Assembly: GCA_044892525.1 (NCBI GenBank)
Contig: CM097885.1
Coordinates: forward strand, 215,946,001 to 216,010,000
DNA: 64,000 nt
Direction of reading: 5' to 3'
From: Schmidtea polychroa
Lineage: Eukaryota
A model generated the notes under the pieces. The model searched no databases and was not told where the DNA came from. It saw only the letters and a list, made by a program, of their open reading frames with translations. Numbering within the stretch: position 1 is the stretch's first letter; each line of letters opens with the position of its first letter. Below are positions 1 through 12,581 of the stretch, in pieces. A program made the translations under genes and the position numbers.

Positions 1-2800
1 AACTTCATTTGTATACGCTTTAAATTCGCTTATTGATACATCAATTTTATTTCTTTCAATCAATCTCTCATATTTTGTCTTAAATTCGTTTAATTCATCT
101 CTCAAAATTTCAATTTCCATACTATTTATTTGTTTTATTTCAGGGTCATTTTTAAATTGAACTCTATTCGGAGATTCGACTCGTATATTTCTACATGTTT
201 TCACCATATGACCATATTTATGACAGTTAAAACACCTTATTTCCCCTCGAAAATCAACTCTATCTCTTCCATTATTACTAAATGGACTAGGTCGTCTATT
301 TCTATTGAAAATCTGTTGATTGGGACTCATTCTTCCTCAAAAATTGTTTCTATTTGACTCAACATCATTTCTGTTATCTCCTTTTCTATTTCTATCAAAT
401 CGATTTGTTCGCGTATATTCGAAATAATTATTCCTATTATTCTGATTATCACTGAAACGATTATTTCGATTATTCGATTTATCCCTTGGACTATTAAATT
501 TATTACTGTTATCAAAATTACGACTTGGACTTGGACTAGACTTTCTTCTATTCTTAACATAATTAAGATACAACTGTTTCATTTCCTCCCAAGGAATGTC
601 GTCATCTTTATCAATTGACTTTGTTTTATCTTTTTAAACCTAAATTTCTACTGCTTCCATCGCAGAATTAAATCTATCTTTTTGTATCGCTTCAATTCTT
701 CGTGCCTTTTGTACTAACTCATTTAGGTTTCCATATTCTACCCTTATCAAAGATTTATATAAATGTTTTTGAGTATCATTCATAATTGGTCCTCTATTAA
801 TCTTGTAGTGTGTTCTCCAACACCAAAGGCTTTTCGAGCTCACTCAGTTAAATTAAAAACATATTCACCAATTATTTCTCTACTACAGGGGTGGCGAACC
901 TTTTTTAGATTGCGTGCCAATATTTTAAAATTGAAAAATAAAAACACGCTGGCGTGCCAAGTACATTTTTTAGCATTTTAATTGATTCCATTACATACCA
1001 TGTGTTCACATTAAATGTTTCAAGTCTAGTTTAGTCAAAAAGAATAGTTATAACTACAATTTTAACAAAACTACAATTACTATAATAGTATAACTTTACT
1101 ATAAGAATATATTTAACGTGATTTAGTGACTTAGTAAAATCAATGTGACTTTTGCTGTTGTGTGGTGGATGATAGAAGTTTTATATCTGGAGAATATTTT
1201 GTATTCTTCAAAGCCACACAAGCTGCACTCAAGTTGTCAGTCAAACTGTTTCTGGTATCTGATTTTATAAAGTTCATCGATGAAAACAATGATTCGCACG
1301 AGTAAAAAAGAAAATTGACAAAATCGCAATCGCTACTTTTTTCAGAGAGTTGAAAGTTTCAGGAAGACAATTCCAGACTCTGAACACCTCGTTTCAGCTG
1401 GTATCTGCGGTTCTGATCCATTGCAGCGCTCTCATTCAATTCTATCTAGTCGCACTCGTAAGTCAACAAACCTTTGCTTCCAAATTGAGCTGGACTGTAG
1501 CTCAACTAACTGCATTTCAAAAACTTGTAATTCCATCCAGTCGATCATTGTTAAATCCAAATTTTTAAACTCGACTGTTTTTTAAAAATTTTGTTGTGTC
1601 TTCAAACTTTCTAAACTGAACAAAACGCACTGAAAATTGTTCGAGGGTTGCGTCGATTGTCTCTAAAAATAACAAAATCTGAGCTTCTTTGACAACGGTT
1701 TAATGGATTTCTATTTCAGTATAAAATCTTTTAAGTCTTTGAAAATATTGAAACTCTTGTTTTCCAAATCACATTTGAAATTTTCAACTTCTTTTCAAAT
1801 GCTTTTATAACGCCAAAAGCCTCGTCAACGGTTTTTCCAAAACCTTGTTATGTTAATTTAGATGTGAAGTAAAATCTGTAAAGAACATTAGTCTGCTGAG
1901 CCACTCAACATCAGTTAACTCTGAATACTTCTGTTTGTTGTCTTCCATAAACATTCGAATTTCATCAAGGCATTCCACGAAACGTTCCAGCACATGACCT
2001 CTGCTAAGCCAGCGAACACTATTGTACATTAGTAACCCAGAGTAAACGGACTGGACTTCATTTAACAGCAGTTCAAATTTTCTCTTATTCAAGGCACGAA
2101 AATTAAATCTTTCACCAATAATAATGTCAAAAAGATGTCTGCGTCATCAAATTCGTGCGCATCTTAACTTGTTTATTTTTACTTGTTAAAACAAATGCGG
2201 AATATACAAAAAATGATAGAAAATAATTTATAGATTTAATCATAAGAAATATATATTCTGCCATCTGAAAATGACCTATTGTTCGATTCCTAGTTAACGG
2301 TTTCTAAAATATTTGCACAATAAAATTATGCTGAAGTGTTAAATTGCGATTTCAATGATTTTATACTACTAAAATTTACACAAATTTGTTTTATCTCAAA
2401 GGTTGGGCGTGCCATAGGTTTGCTAGCGCTGCTCTACTACCTTGACATCTATTTCGAAATTTTTGAACATTTATCTTCTGTAAGTCTCTCTTGATTACTA
2501 TTTCACTTCTCAGATTCTCAACTAATTGTTCCCAATTTCTACCCTTGCATTCTAAATTATTATATACTTGTAATGCATACCCTTTTAAATATAATGGTAT
2601 TCGTCTTTTTAGTTCATCTCTTGTCCATCCACAAGCTTCTCCAAACTGGGCAATTTCATGAAAAAAATCATCAAATTTTCCAGGCTCTCCTTTATAATGC
2701 TCTATTGGTAATGTTTTTATCAAAATATTACGATTATTATTTTCATCATTTCTATTTTGCCAAATATGACGGATGTTATCATTATTTTCTATTTATAAAT
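1..2800 (-). pseudogene. gag: Ty3/Gypsy-type gag remnant, interrupted by a hAT at 886-2431; element continues beyond the left window edge
   Basis: Minus strand 2723-2440 reads FDDFFHEIAQFGEACGWTRDELKRRIPLYLKGYALQVYNNL...FRNRCQG (retrotransposon gag capsid pattern). After removing the hAT it resumes SREIIGEYVFNLTE*ARKAF...LNELVQKARRIE, followed by an R/N-rich tract and a CCHC knuckle CFNCHKYGHMVKTC at 234-193. Several stops and frameshifts. Confidence 0.9.
886..2431 (-). mobile_element. hAT DNA transposon (Buster/SPIN/GTF2IRD2-like), internally deleted
   Basis: Ends CAGGGGTGGCGAACCT and AGGTTTGCTAGCGCTG (12/16 inverted match). Perfect 8-bp TSD CTCTACTA at 878-885 and 2432-2439. Transposase remnant ~2130-1140 with VRWLSRGHVLERF and C-terminal CESLFSSMNFIKS...QQKSH*. 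Confidence 0.95.
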
Positions 2801-2874
2801 TATTAAATATTTACAAAAAATTTGAACATTTATCTTCTGTAAGTCTCTCTTGATTACTATTTCACTTCTCAGAT
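2462..2874. repeat. 54-bp direct duplication of a gag segment (2462-2515 and 2821-2874)
   Basis: TTTGAACATTTATCTTCTGTAAGTCTCTCTTGATTACTATTTCACTTCTCAGAT is present at both positions. Confidence 0.9.
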
Positions 2875-2971
2875 AAAATAGATAGAGTAAATTAAGATAT
2901 CATTATCTTCCTAAAGCCAAAAAAATTGTCTGCTTACGAAAATATTTAATTATAAATCGGACTATTTAAAC

Positions 2972-4429
2972 CAGGTATGTCCAACCTGCGGCCCATTCAA
3001 TAATTTTGTGCGGCCCGTTTTGTATAAATATTTATTGTAATGAATTATCAAATATAAATTTTTATTGTAGTAAAATATTACATGTGCGTTCAAAAATTTT
3101 CGAGGTGTTAATAGTGAAATGAGTGTAACTGAAGAACTTCTGGATGTTATGAGTTTGAAACTACTACCGGAAAAAATATACAAGAAGCTGTCGTAAAATG
3201 CACACATGATCATGGTCTGAATTTAGCAAACCTAATTGGAATCACCACAGATGGTGCAGCCTCAATGATCGGTAAAAATATTGGAGCCGTAAAATTAATT
3301 CTTGATTATAGAAATGCCATGGAAAAAGCTTCATTATCTCCGGACCTTTTTATTTGTCACTGTTTTTTACACTTTGAGAATTTATGTGCCAAGTATTTGA
3401 TATGAACCATGTGATGTCAGTCGTTATTAAAACAGTTAACGCAATAAAAAATAATTCCTTGAAACATCGTCAGTTTCAAGATTACCTTCAAGAACTGCTT
3501 TTTTATGCGAAAATTCGCTGGTTAAGTCGTGGGAAATGTTTAGAAAGATTTTGGAATTTGAGAGAAGAGATTGGAATTTTTATGAATGAAAATGACCAAA
3601 ATGTTCCTGAATTATATGACGAGCTGTGGCTTTTGGATTTATGTTTCCTTACAGATATTACTATGAAATTAAACGAACTGAATAGGCAGCTTCAAGGTGA
3701 AAACAAGTTGATCACAGACTGTTATGGAAATATAAAAGCATTCATAACAAAACTGAAACTTTATGAAAGTCAATTAAAATCAAAAAATTCTGTCCACTTT
3801 CCATTATTACATATATTTAATTTTGACAAAAAAGATTTTTCTAAATATGCACAAGAAATTACCAATTTACTACAAGAATTTCAGGAGAGATTTTCATATT
3901 TAAAGAAATATGAGAATATATTTAATATTTTCCTATGTCCATTTGACATTGTTGTGGAATCAGCTCCAACAAATTTGCAAATGGAGTTAATAGATCTCCA
4001 GTCATCTTCTGAATTAAAATATATGTTTGAAGCCAATGATAAAGTTCAGTTTTATAAAAAATACATATGCAATGATAAATTTCCTAATCTAAGAAAACTA
4101 GCGATAAGCGTTACACCTACAATGGGGACCACGTATCTTTGCGAATCTTTTTTTTAAAAATTAAAGATTGTTAAATGTAAAAGTCGTAATAGATTAACTG
4201 ATGAAAATTTAAAAAACGAATGACGATGTGCAACTTCGAAAATACCTGTGGACATAAAAAAATTATCTGAAAAAATTGAAAAACAAGTTTCACATTAAGT
4301 AATATGTATGTATATGTAAAACATAATTTAGTTTGTATAAATTTTTTATAATAAATAAATATGTGCGGCCCACATTATATTTTTATTTTCTATTTTGGCC
4401 CAGTAACCAATTTCGGTTGGACACCACTG
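2972..4429 (+). mobile_element. hAT DNA transposon (GTF2IRD2/SPIN-like), 5'-deleted transposase
   Basis: TIRs CAGGTATGTCCAACC / GGTTGGACACCACTG (12/15). Perfect TSD ATTTAAAC at 2964-2971 and 4430-4437. Transposase ~3110-4298 with TTDGAASM, HCFLH, RWLSRGKCLERF, TYLCESFF and ...QVSH*, carrying a frameshift and stops. Confidence 0.95.
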
Positions 4430-4693
4430 ATTTAAACAATAAACTAAATATAGTTTGTAATACATTTCGCGACATAAAATATACAATTACAGCAATTTTG
4501 TCAACATAATCTTAGGTAATTTGACCGACAATTCAAATTTTATATATTTTGAAGTTCTGTTCGACATTTCGACAATTATTTAAGCGAAAGTTTTATTATA
4601 AAGGTTTGAAATAAGTAGTAACTACTATAAGATGGAATACATAGGAAAATGATGAAGGAACAATGTAAAGCGAGGCACCACGCCTTTTATATG

Positions 4694-4922
4694 CTGGGTT
4701 ACAGGTAATCAAACATTTTACCTTTTCGTGCTGTTTCCAGCGTAACCCAGAATACAATGATGATCCTACCAATTGATACCCTATGAGTGACCATCGTTGG
4801 AAATGTATCAACTGGGTGAGTACTCGCAAAAAGTGAGCGCACTACCTGCACTATAATTGTCGGGTACTCTTTGGGTCCACGGACTATCGATAGAAGATGT
4901 ACGTCCGATTTACTCTGGTCCC
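4694..4922 (-). ncRNA. Unassigned conserved structured RNA module, copy A1
   Basis: Minus strand carries GGGACC...GGAC-CTTCTATCG-GTCC...GGACCC, a GAGTAC/GTACTC stem, stem CCAGTTGATAC/GTATCAATTGG with bulge ATTTCCAA (4804-4797), and a terminal GGGTTAC/GTAACCC hairpin. Homologous to the other seven copies. Confidence 0.7.
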
Positions 4923-5063
4923 TTGACACTATTATTTTCCCAAACCTCACAAATTTCCACTCAACCTCATCAAACTAACATGCAACATACTAATGTGAAG
5001 GTACAACAGCTTTATTTACATTCCAATCATCAGAACATCTTATGGTTCTCGAGGTGATTTATG

Positions 5064-5491
5064 TTACGATGATCCGGATTCGACCAAAGGTCCTTGTTCA
5101 GCCAACCGCAGTCGTTTTAATCGTTCTCTCTTATTTCGACATAACCGTTTGCGCATGATCTTGATGGTTTTGGCCCTATGAATTTCGGCTAGCTCTGTGG
5201 ACATTGACCGGATGGCTGCCGTATCATTCTCATCTATAATCCTCTGATTTTAGCGTGTCTCCATTACGCGCATTTGTATTTTCAGCGCTCGAATTTTGGG
5301 CTTGTCTTGAGTAGTTTGGAGCTGCAATTGCTCAATCTGTTTCATGCGTTTATGCATAACCTCAGGGTGAAACCAAGTCCGTTCCATCTCTCTGCATCAC
5401 TCTTTGAACTTAGTGATGTTGTCTTGAAGACGCTCGACTTGTTGTTGGGCCTGTTCTCTGTCTTGTCTGAGATTTTCGAAGAGTTTTAACA
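5064..5491 (-). pseudogene. Decayed coiled-coil/basic ORF-B exon (unassigned family), copy 1
   Basis: After acceptor TTCAG: VLKLFENLRQDREQAQQQVERLQDNITKFKE*CREMERTWFHPEVMHKRMKQ...KIRALKIQMRVMETR*...RKRLCRNKRERLKR. Aligns by eye with 61601-62067 and 46739-47208. Confidence 0.75.
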
Positions 5492-5734
5492 CTGAATTAC
5501 AAAAACAATTAAACGATTCCTTATACGCTATTCTTCTCCCCCGTCTGAAAGCCTTATCAAACTCAACTCTCAATAGATATATAACAGAGGTCGAACCCTT
5601 ATACGTATTCTATATCTTTGCGATTAAAAATATAAAGATAGTTCGATATGATTATTTATAACAATTCTGTTTATTAAGAATGAATACGACATAAGCTACA
5701 GGGTCATGCAATACAAATAAATATGAAGATCACA

Positions 5735-6125
5735 AATCATTGTTTATTGTTATTGTCATCAGAGATCACAAATGTGTTTTCAGCTGCATGGAGCCGTCTT
5801 TCGGGGTCTACCCCGTTTTTCTCGAGTACTGGCTCGACTTAAGCCTCTTTGATAGGTTTGCCGGTTTCGGCCGCACGAATCTGGGCCTGATTCAGCCGGA
5901 GCTCGTGTTACGCGGTCTCTATGGCGCCGATAGCTCGATCTTGAGCGTCCATTAGCCGATTATTATATGGTTCGGTCTTGACCCCCGCCGGGGCGTCAGG
6001 TTCTGGTCCACTACGAATTACGGGACCCCAGTTGTCGAGGTCTTGATCCCGATTCCATGCGTGTATCTTATAACAGACATACCTGGTACGGAGGCGAGTG
6101 ATGGTCTCGTTGTACTGATTATCTT
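5735..6125 (-). pseudogene. Decayed ORF-A (unassigned), upstream of ORF-B
   Basis: GC-rich island reading RLRTRYVCYKIHAWNRDQ...DRAIGAIETA*HELRLNQAQI with three TAA stops. Resembles WLWNRIRAWNDG...HAIARLRRVELDINDGII at 63250-63960. Confidence 0.55.
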
Positions 6126-7799
6126 TGCTGGGATTGCTAGATTACGACATTTCTAAACATTTACGGTTATAGTTCGAAGATAACAAGAATGCATTCCAGC
6201 TTTCCCAATTGCCCAAAATGGCACATGAACCTTGTCCCACAATTAGAATAATTTAAGTTAATCTTGTTATCCTTGCTCAATTAATAGAACTACTTGATGT
6301 TTGATATATTTTAAATTGAATTAGTAGGTGCAGGTGGACAAAAAATATTTTAATATTACCTCCCATCACAAAACTTATTTATTAACACTAGTATCACATT
6401 TTGTTAGAGACTTTATTCGTAGGTTTGTACAGTTTCAATACCAGTGCCCTAGAGTTTTTTGGGACATTCGATTTAGCAATTAATCCTTTGTTTGAATTGA
6501 TGGGAATTTCATCTAATTAAATACCGCCAAATTCAAATATATTTTATGACGAAATAAGTACTTATGCAATTATACAGGTAAATTATAATATTTCAAAACA
6601 ACAATTATGAAATTATACGGGTAATTTATAATATTTCAAAATAGCAATTAAATTATAGCTTCTGAAAACAACAATTATGAATATATACGGGTAATGTTAA
6701 TCCGTGAAATAATATCTCTGTTATCTTAGGAAGACAGGTTCGTTCGGTAACCAAAAAAGAACGGAAGCGAAAGGACAGATTCGGCAGAGGTGGCGAACAC
6801 CATCATCAGCTATGCCTCAAGACGCATAGTCAGCCAACTAACGATTGGAGGCGTCTATGGTTTGTAATTATATCGATTAAAGTCACTATTTAGTACAAAT
6901 GTTCAGATATCTCCTAAAAAGACTCTAAATCGATTACCTAATTTAAACTTATAAATTCAAATTTATAACTCATATATAAGTAGCATTTACTACTAATTAT
7001 AAACATGTAAGGTATGGTAAGGTCATATATAAAATTTAAATTTGTAAATTGGGATTTATAAATAAGTATGGTCTATTATTATAATTATATATAGTATTAA
7101 AGAGGGGGGTCGTTTACCGAAATCCAAAACCGTAAGTTCAAATTCATAAATTAATATATAAGCGACATTGTTAAAAATTTGAATGTCTAAAGTTTAAATT
7201 GATTTGTAACTTGTAAATAGTAGTAATATACATAGGTATACGATTATGGGCATTGACAATTTACCATTATAAATATTAATAAATGGATAGGAGGGGGTTT
7301 ACTAAATAAAGTTTAAATATGAGCTTTATTAATTTTGTAGCTGGACAGTTAAACTCAGATGATATTGGCTGAATGAATTATGGATCTTGAGTTGCGCATA
7401 TGCATTTCGAAATTTTTACCGAAATATGATTGCTCTTCTCTTACGTGAACTTTTCACTTACGAAATTTAGCTCTTTTAACCTCCTTGTGGTAATTAAAGT
7501 AACCATTCATTTATCGGTTCTGAACATTGAAAAGTCGATTTTTATTCAACTGGTCTTCTTCTCATTCAGGAGTATCTGACAATTTGTCTAATTTCCTCCC
7601 AGCTTTAAAGTTTCCATTTCAGAATTCATATGCGCAATGGGGAATTCCGTACACAAATTGAAGGGTTCTAAATTTTTAGGCCTAGCCGACTACATTTTAT
7701 TAGCTAAATGTTTTGATTAATTTGAGTCTGGAGCTTTACTCCGTTTATAATATTCAAAGGTAATGTGTTGCTGTAGATTTTTAATGTAGACATTAATAT

Positions 7800-8090
7800 G
7801 TGAATTATGCATGTAAAGAGTCGATTTACAGAAAGTTGCTTGCTATCTTGACCGCACTGCGTCCACTACGACAAGCCTTAATGTTATGTAAATCGGTAAT
7901 GTACTACCGTAATATAAATAATAACGATAACGAGTTCCGAGAACTCCGCCGTACCAGAGGGTATTTATCGACGAACCCAGTGGCATATACAACTGAGTCG
8001 GTACGACCTCCGACAACCCCGCAACATATAAATACCAATAAATGCATGCCAGATAATGGCTTGCATACGTCAAGGCTGTGTGCTCAATGA
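7800..8090 (+). CDS. Hypothetical 96-aa ORF or exon, unassigned
   Basis: Open frame in a GC-enriched island upstream of RNA copy C. No recognisable domain. Confidence 0.3.
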   Translation: MNYACKESIYRKLLAILTALRPLRQALMLCKSVMYYRNINNNDNEFRELRRTRGYLSTNPVAYTTESVRPPTTPQHINTNKCMPDNGLHTSRLCAQ

Positions 8091-8459
8091 CGTTAAATTT
8101 AATAGATTAGATGCAGGGCGGATCAAAATCGAAGAATATTCAATTCGATTTTGACCCCTCCTACACGCTAAATAGAAGCAAAAATTCAAAAATTAATCAT
8201 CATAATTATATTAATAAGAGTATAATAATATCATAACCAAAGAATAAATTGTTATTACTGAATGTTTCCGTTGGTTACACAAAATAAACGTAACAAAATT
8301 TTTTTGGCATTAAGAGTGTTTTTGTGACTAAAATGTGGCGGTATATATACCTATTTTTGTGTGTGTAAATACGTGTGTGTGCGTTGATGCAGTAAAACAA
8401 ACTCGAATTCTTTTTAATTCTAGAATATTCTATTTCACATTTTGATGATTTTAATGCCA

Positions 8460-8995
8460 TAATTTTTATTTTTTAATTATTTTTTGTTAAACTTGCCTCC
8501 ATGATGGATTTGAGAATTTCCAGAACACTCCATATTAAATTAAAGTTAATTTTTTTTAAATATTGTTTTCCTAAATTCTTTTCTGGGATTTTTTTTAAAA
8601 CTAATTTATTTAATTTTTTCAACTTCCACTGATTTGAGTAGCTTTTATGATGGATGTCGCCCTATTTTTATGGATTGCTATGGATTTTTGTCTAGAATTT
8701 TGCATTGCTACTATCTTTCGAGTTTATTCGAGTTCGTATTTTGTATTTTTATGTTTCTCTGTTATGTTTGAGTTAATTTTTCTGTAATACTTCTTGCATT
8801 TTGTTGGAGTTTATTTTTAATTTCACTGTTTTTATTTTTTGTTATTTTCCTTTAATTATTATTGTTTATTTGATGTTTTTGTCTTTTAATTTTAACTAAA
8901 CTTATTATTAGGTATGCAAGTTGTGTACCACCACATTTTGCCACCTTTGCAAGATTTTTTGGGTCTAGATATTAGTTCTGGCCCAACATATGGTA
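8460..8995 (+). repeat. AT-rich dispersed repeat family ending TTAGTT(C/T)TGGCCCAACAT(A/G)TGGTAG
   Basis: Terminus matches 22728-22750. Related internal motifs (TCGCCATTAATTC, GATTTTAATCGA) link 22050-22750, 47450-47860 and, inverted, 41270-41760, 34090-34560 and 17190-17290. Start boundary approximate. Confidence 0.5.
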
Positions 8996-9080
8996 GGCGA
9001 TGAACCCAGTGATTTGCCGGCAATTGCTGTTGTAGAGCTCACCTTTTGCCGACAGTCACCCACTAGATCGCAGTTTCAAC

Positions 9081-11579
9081 TAGGGTTTAACAATATTCGG
9101 GTTTCTCAAATATTCGAATATCAAATAATAAATTCTTAAATATTCGAATTATTCGAATATTTCGAATACTTACTTGACTATGTGATAAAAAAATTTTGAA
9201 ATAAAAAAGGAAAATTAAGCAACGATTATTTATAATATTATTTATTAATGAGACTGAAACCAGCTCTTTAAAAATACAATAGCATTAATAGCTTCATCTA
9301 GCATTCTGGTTCTAAGTTTCGATACCACAATTCCAGAAGATGAAAATGCTCGTTCACTCTCGGTTGACGTTGGTTTAACTGTTAGCAGTGCATTATAAAG
9401 TAAATCCAAATTTCGTGATCTTACTCCAGTGGCTTCATAAATTTGGAATTCTTTGTTGAGCGAATTAAAATTATCACCATTAATTGGGATTGAAGGAGCT
9501 TGACTTTTTGTGATTGCTAAATTTAACTCATCGGCAATTGATGTAGGTTCAGGTTCAACACGAATGACTACAATTTCATGGTTTTCTTCACTGTTACTAT
9601 GTTGCACATTAACTTCTTTTAAAAATAATCGTTGTATTAGTTCTTTGTCATATGATAATGTAATGGTTCTAGGTGAATAAGAAAACCATTTGTTGTTTTC
9701 TTTTGATGCTGATAAATTATGCAGAAACCTCAATATTGATACCATTGCTTTATTTCTTCTCTCATTTATACGTTTGAGTAAAATTTCTTGAAATTTTATG
9801 CTTAATTCAGATTCTTCTTCCGCTAACTTATTAAGTAAAAATATAACTATCGTCTCGCAAGTTAATAATGTAGCATCTTTTCGGCTTAGTGCTAGAACCG
9901 CAACTTTTAAAGGAGCTAGAACTGCTAACATATTTTTAAGAGTGGTAATATTGATTTCACAAATTTTATCAAAAGCATTTAATTCAATTAAACTGGTTTT
10001 TATGCAGCTATATAACATTAGAAATCTTTCGATCATTGCTTCAAGAGAATTCCATCTGGTTTTAATATCTCTTATCAAACTTATTTCTTTTTGAAATTCT
10101 TGTTTTACGTATCGCTGTAAAATGCTATTTTTGGTGAGTGACCGTCTAAAGAAATCCACGACCTTTCGAATTTCTGTTATTGCTTTTTGGTAATTGGGTA
10201 GAAGAATAATGCGGTGCTCTTGTTCGGTTTCAATTTCACCAAATATTTCACCATCATCAAATTCATCATATGATTTTGATTCTGAATCTAAAGTATTTGG
10301 ATCACATATTTCTTCTTGATAAATATGTTTCTCGTTATTTTTGTAGAACATATCCATCACAGCTAAATGAATAGCATGATTCATACATTGAACGTGGTGT
10401 GTTGGATTCTCACGCCCAAACTTACACATAACACTTGCACCATCAGTGGTTGATGCAACAATATCTTTTGCAAATGTGATACCAAATTCTTTTAAATGTT
10501 TGTCTACAATTCTTTGAGTTTCTATGGCATCACAACCTCCAATTATTCGAACCATCCCTAAATTGAAAAAAACCGAATCATTACAATGAATATTTATATT
10601 GAAATATCGTTTATTGGCTAGACTTGTCCATTCATCGAGCGTTAGACTGAATCTTTCACTACTTTTTATTCTTACATTTAACCTTTCAATTGTAATATTT
10701 TTTTTGTTTTTTAAAATAAGAAATTAATAAATCCATTACTTTTGCCGGATTTTTGGGTAAAGTATATCCTTTATCAGAAATAGATTGTCTTATAAAAGAA
10801 ATTTTTGTTATTCCATTTACTGTGAAACCATCCTCAGAAACTAATCTTGCTACAATTTCATTAAGTTGTTGTTTTTTCGTGGTAACAAAATTTAAAATAC
10901 TTGAACTGGTACATATTTTTTTTGAATTGAAATTGGAGCTGTCTTCTGTCAAGCGCTTGGCAGTAAGATCCATCATATGTTTCAACTTTAAATGATTTAA
11001 CATGGGAGTTGTAGTAGATCCTTTGCAAGTTACCTTGTGTGGACATTTTGTACAAAAGGCCTCATCTCCATTTCTTTTAAAATACTTCCAAACTTCAGCC
11101 CGATTACTCATTATTTATTAATAAGGACTGAAAAATGTGAAATTTTAAATCCTTAAAAATATTTATACTTAAGTAATTGTTACTATTCTTCCAATATAAC
11201 AAAGTTCCTTTATATTTATATTTTTAGAATATTAAATTAAAATGAAATGTAATTACCTTATATTTTTGTGTTTATACATATATAGATGATTAGATCACGA
11301 TTGAATAAAACAATTGATATTTAAAAAACAATTGATATTTAACTTTTTAACAACGCTAACGGCCTACTATACTACGTACTTTTGAACCAATAAAAAAATA
11401 TTTGAAATTAATTAATAAAATTAGCGACATCTTTTATATTTCTTTTTGTAATTTAAGCTAATTAAAGAACCATTAATTATTCGACGAATAATTTAAGAAA
11501 ATATTCGAATATTGAATATCAAATGTTGTACAGATTATTCGAATAGTATTCGACGAATATATTCGTGTGTTAAACCCTA
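9081..11579 (-). mobile_element. hAT (Ac/hobo-like, BED finger) transposon, near intact
   Basis: Perfect 11-bp TIR TAGGGTTTAAC/GTTAAACCCTA. TSD GTTTCAAC / GTTCCAAC (7/8). Subterminal TATTCGAATA repeats. Confidence 0.95.
9245..11111 (-). pseudogene. BED-finger hAT transposase with one frameshift near 10700
   Basis: BED finger (VWKYF...CTKC...MLNHLKLKH) in 11111-10686. A shifted frame gives FSLTLDEWTS and runs into the 436-aa ORF with TTDGAS, CMNH, TRWNS and TESERAFS. Confidence 0.92.
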
Positions 11580-12478
11580 GTTCCAACGTCGATTTCGACG
11601 GGTGTTTAGTGATCAATTAAAATAGTTATGCGCGGTTGCGGAGGGGATACGGAAATAAGGAAAAGCGTTGGTCAAATAAGCAGTTAAAAGTGAAAGACCT
11701 TCCCCACACGTAATCCACCAATAGTTATGGGAGAAACAAGGGAGAAAAATCGACTAAATATTAAACAATTAATGCAAATTTCATAATTACACGCACTATG
11801 ATTTTACGAAGTAGCAGAAAATACGTAGGTGGACATCACAAATTGGCATAAATACCAAACAAAATTTCTTTATTTCAACTTGTGTGAAAATAGTTTAACT
11901 GTGAAAATTGGTTAAATGATTAAACTGAATTCTATGCACGTTGGGCGGTAGTTTATATTTGGTTAATGCATTTTCTATGTTAATTAAATCTTTTTAATGT
12001 TATTTGTTTTTTTTGTCTTCTGTGAATTTTGTTTATGAGACAGTCGAAAATATGAAATGAGGGCAGACGATTGGTACTCTGTTGTGTGGTAGTGGACAGG
12101 TTTGAAAAGGTCTGGTCATTTCACATCATGTGACATCATTCATGGCCGTTGCCACAGAGAGGTGATCGGAGGTATGATGGGTATCCAGGTAAGATCAAAA
12201 ATTTTCGTTCAATAATAGAATAATTAATCAAACTTATGTCTTGAAATTAGTTAGAATTTAGAATTTCGCTTTGATCGAAATAAGACGATCACAATATTTC
12301 TCATGAATATTCACACAACGAAAACTAGATAATAACGATCATTACAAAAGATCTAAGAATAAATTTTCAAAATGAAAAATGAGGGCAGATCCCTGCTCAA
12401 TATTTTTGAAAGCAACGTTAAATACCACTCAATAATGAGGACCATAACTAAATAATCAAGAAGGAACAATAAGTAAAT

Positions 12479-12581
12479 AAACCTGACTATGTAATAAGTA
12501 TTAATGTAATGAGTAGTAATTCTAGCAGTAGAGCTCACCTCCTGATTCTTGAGCCACTGTGTAAATTACCAACATAGCTAG
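12479..12581 (+). ncRNA. Partial structured RNA module copy D (3'-truncated)
   Basis: AAACCTG...ATGAGTAG...GAGCTCACCTCCTG...ACTGTGTAA ATTACCAA CATAG matches copy B1 and stops just after the bulge. Confidence 0.5.

Larger units (their letters stand above)
9002..11716 (+). ncRNA. Structured RNA module copy C, split by a hAT inserted in its bulge
   Basis: GAACCC...GAGCTCACCTTTT...ACCC CACTAGATCGC AGTT(T/C)CAA [hAT 9081-11579] CGTCG ATTT CGACG G GTGTTTAGTG, then a terminal GGTTGCG/CGTAATC hairpin. Confidence 0.7.

Noticed and set aside
4670-4680. PBS-like TGGTGCCTCGC just 3' of RNA copy A1, implying the module is an LTR end
   Set aside because: No equivalent follows the other copies, no clear tRNA match, and no TG...CA LTR pair was found.
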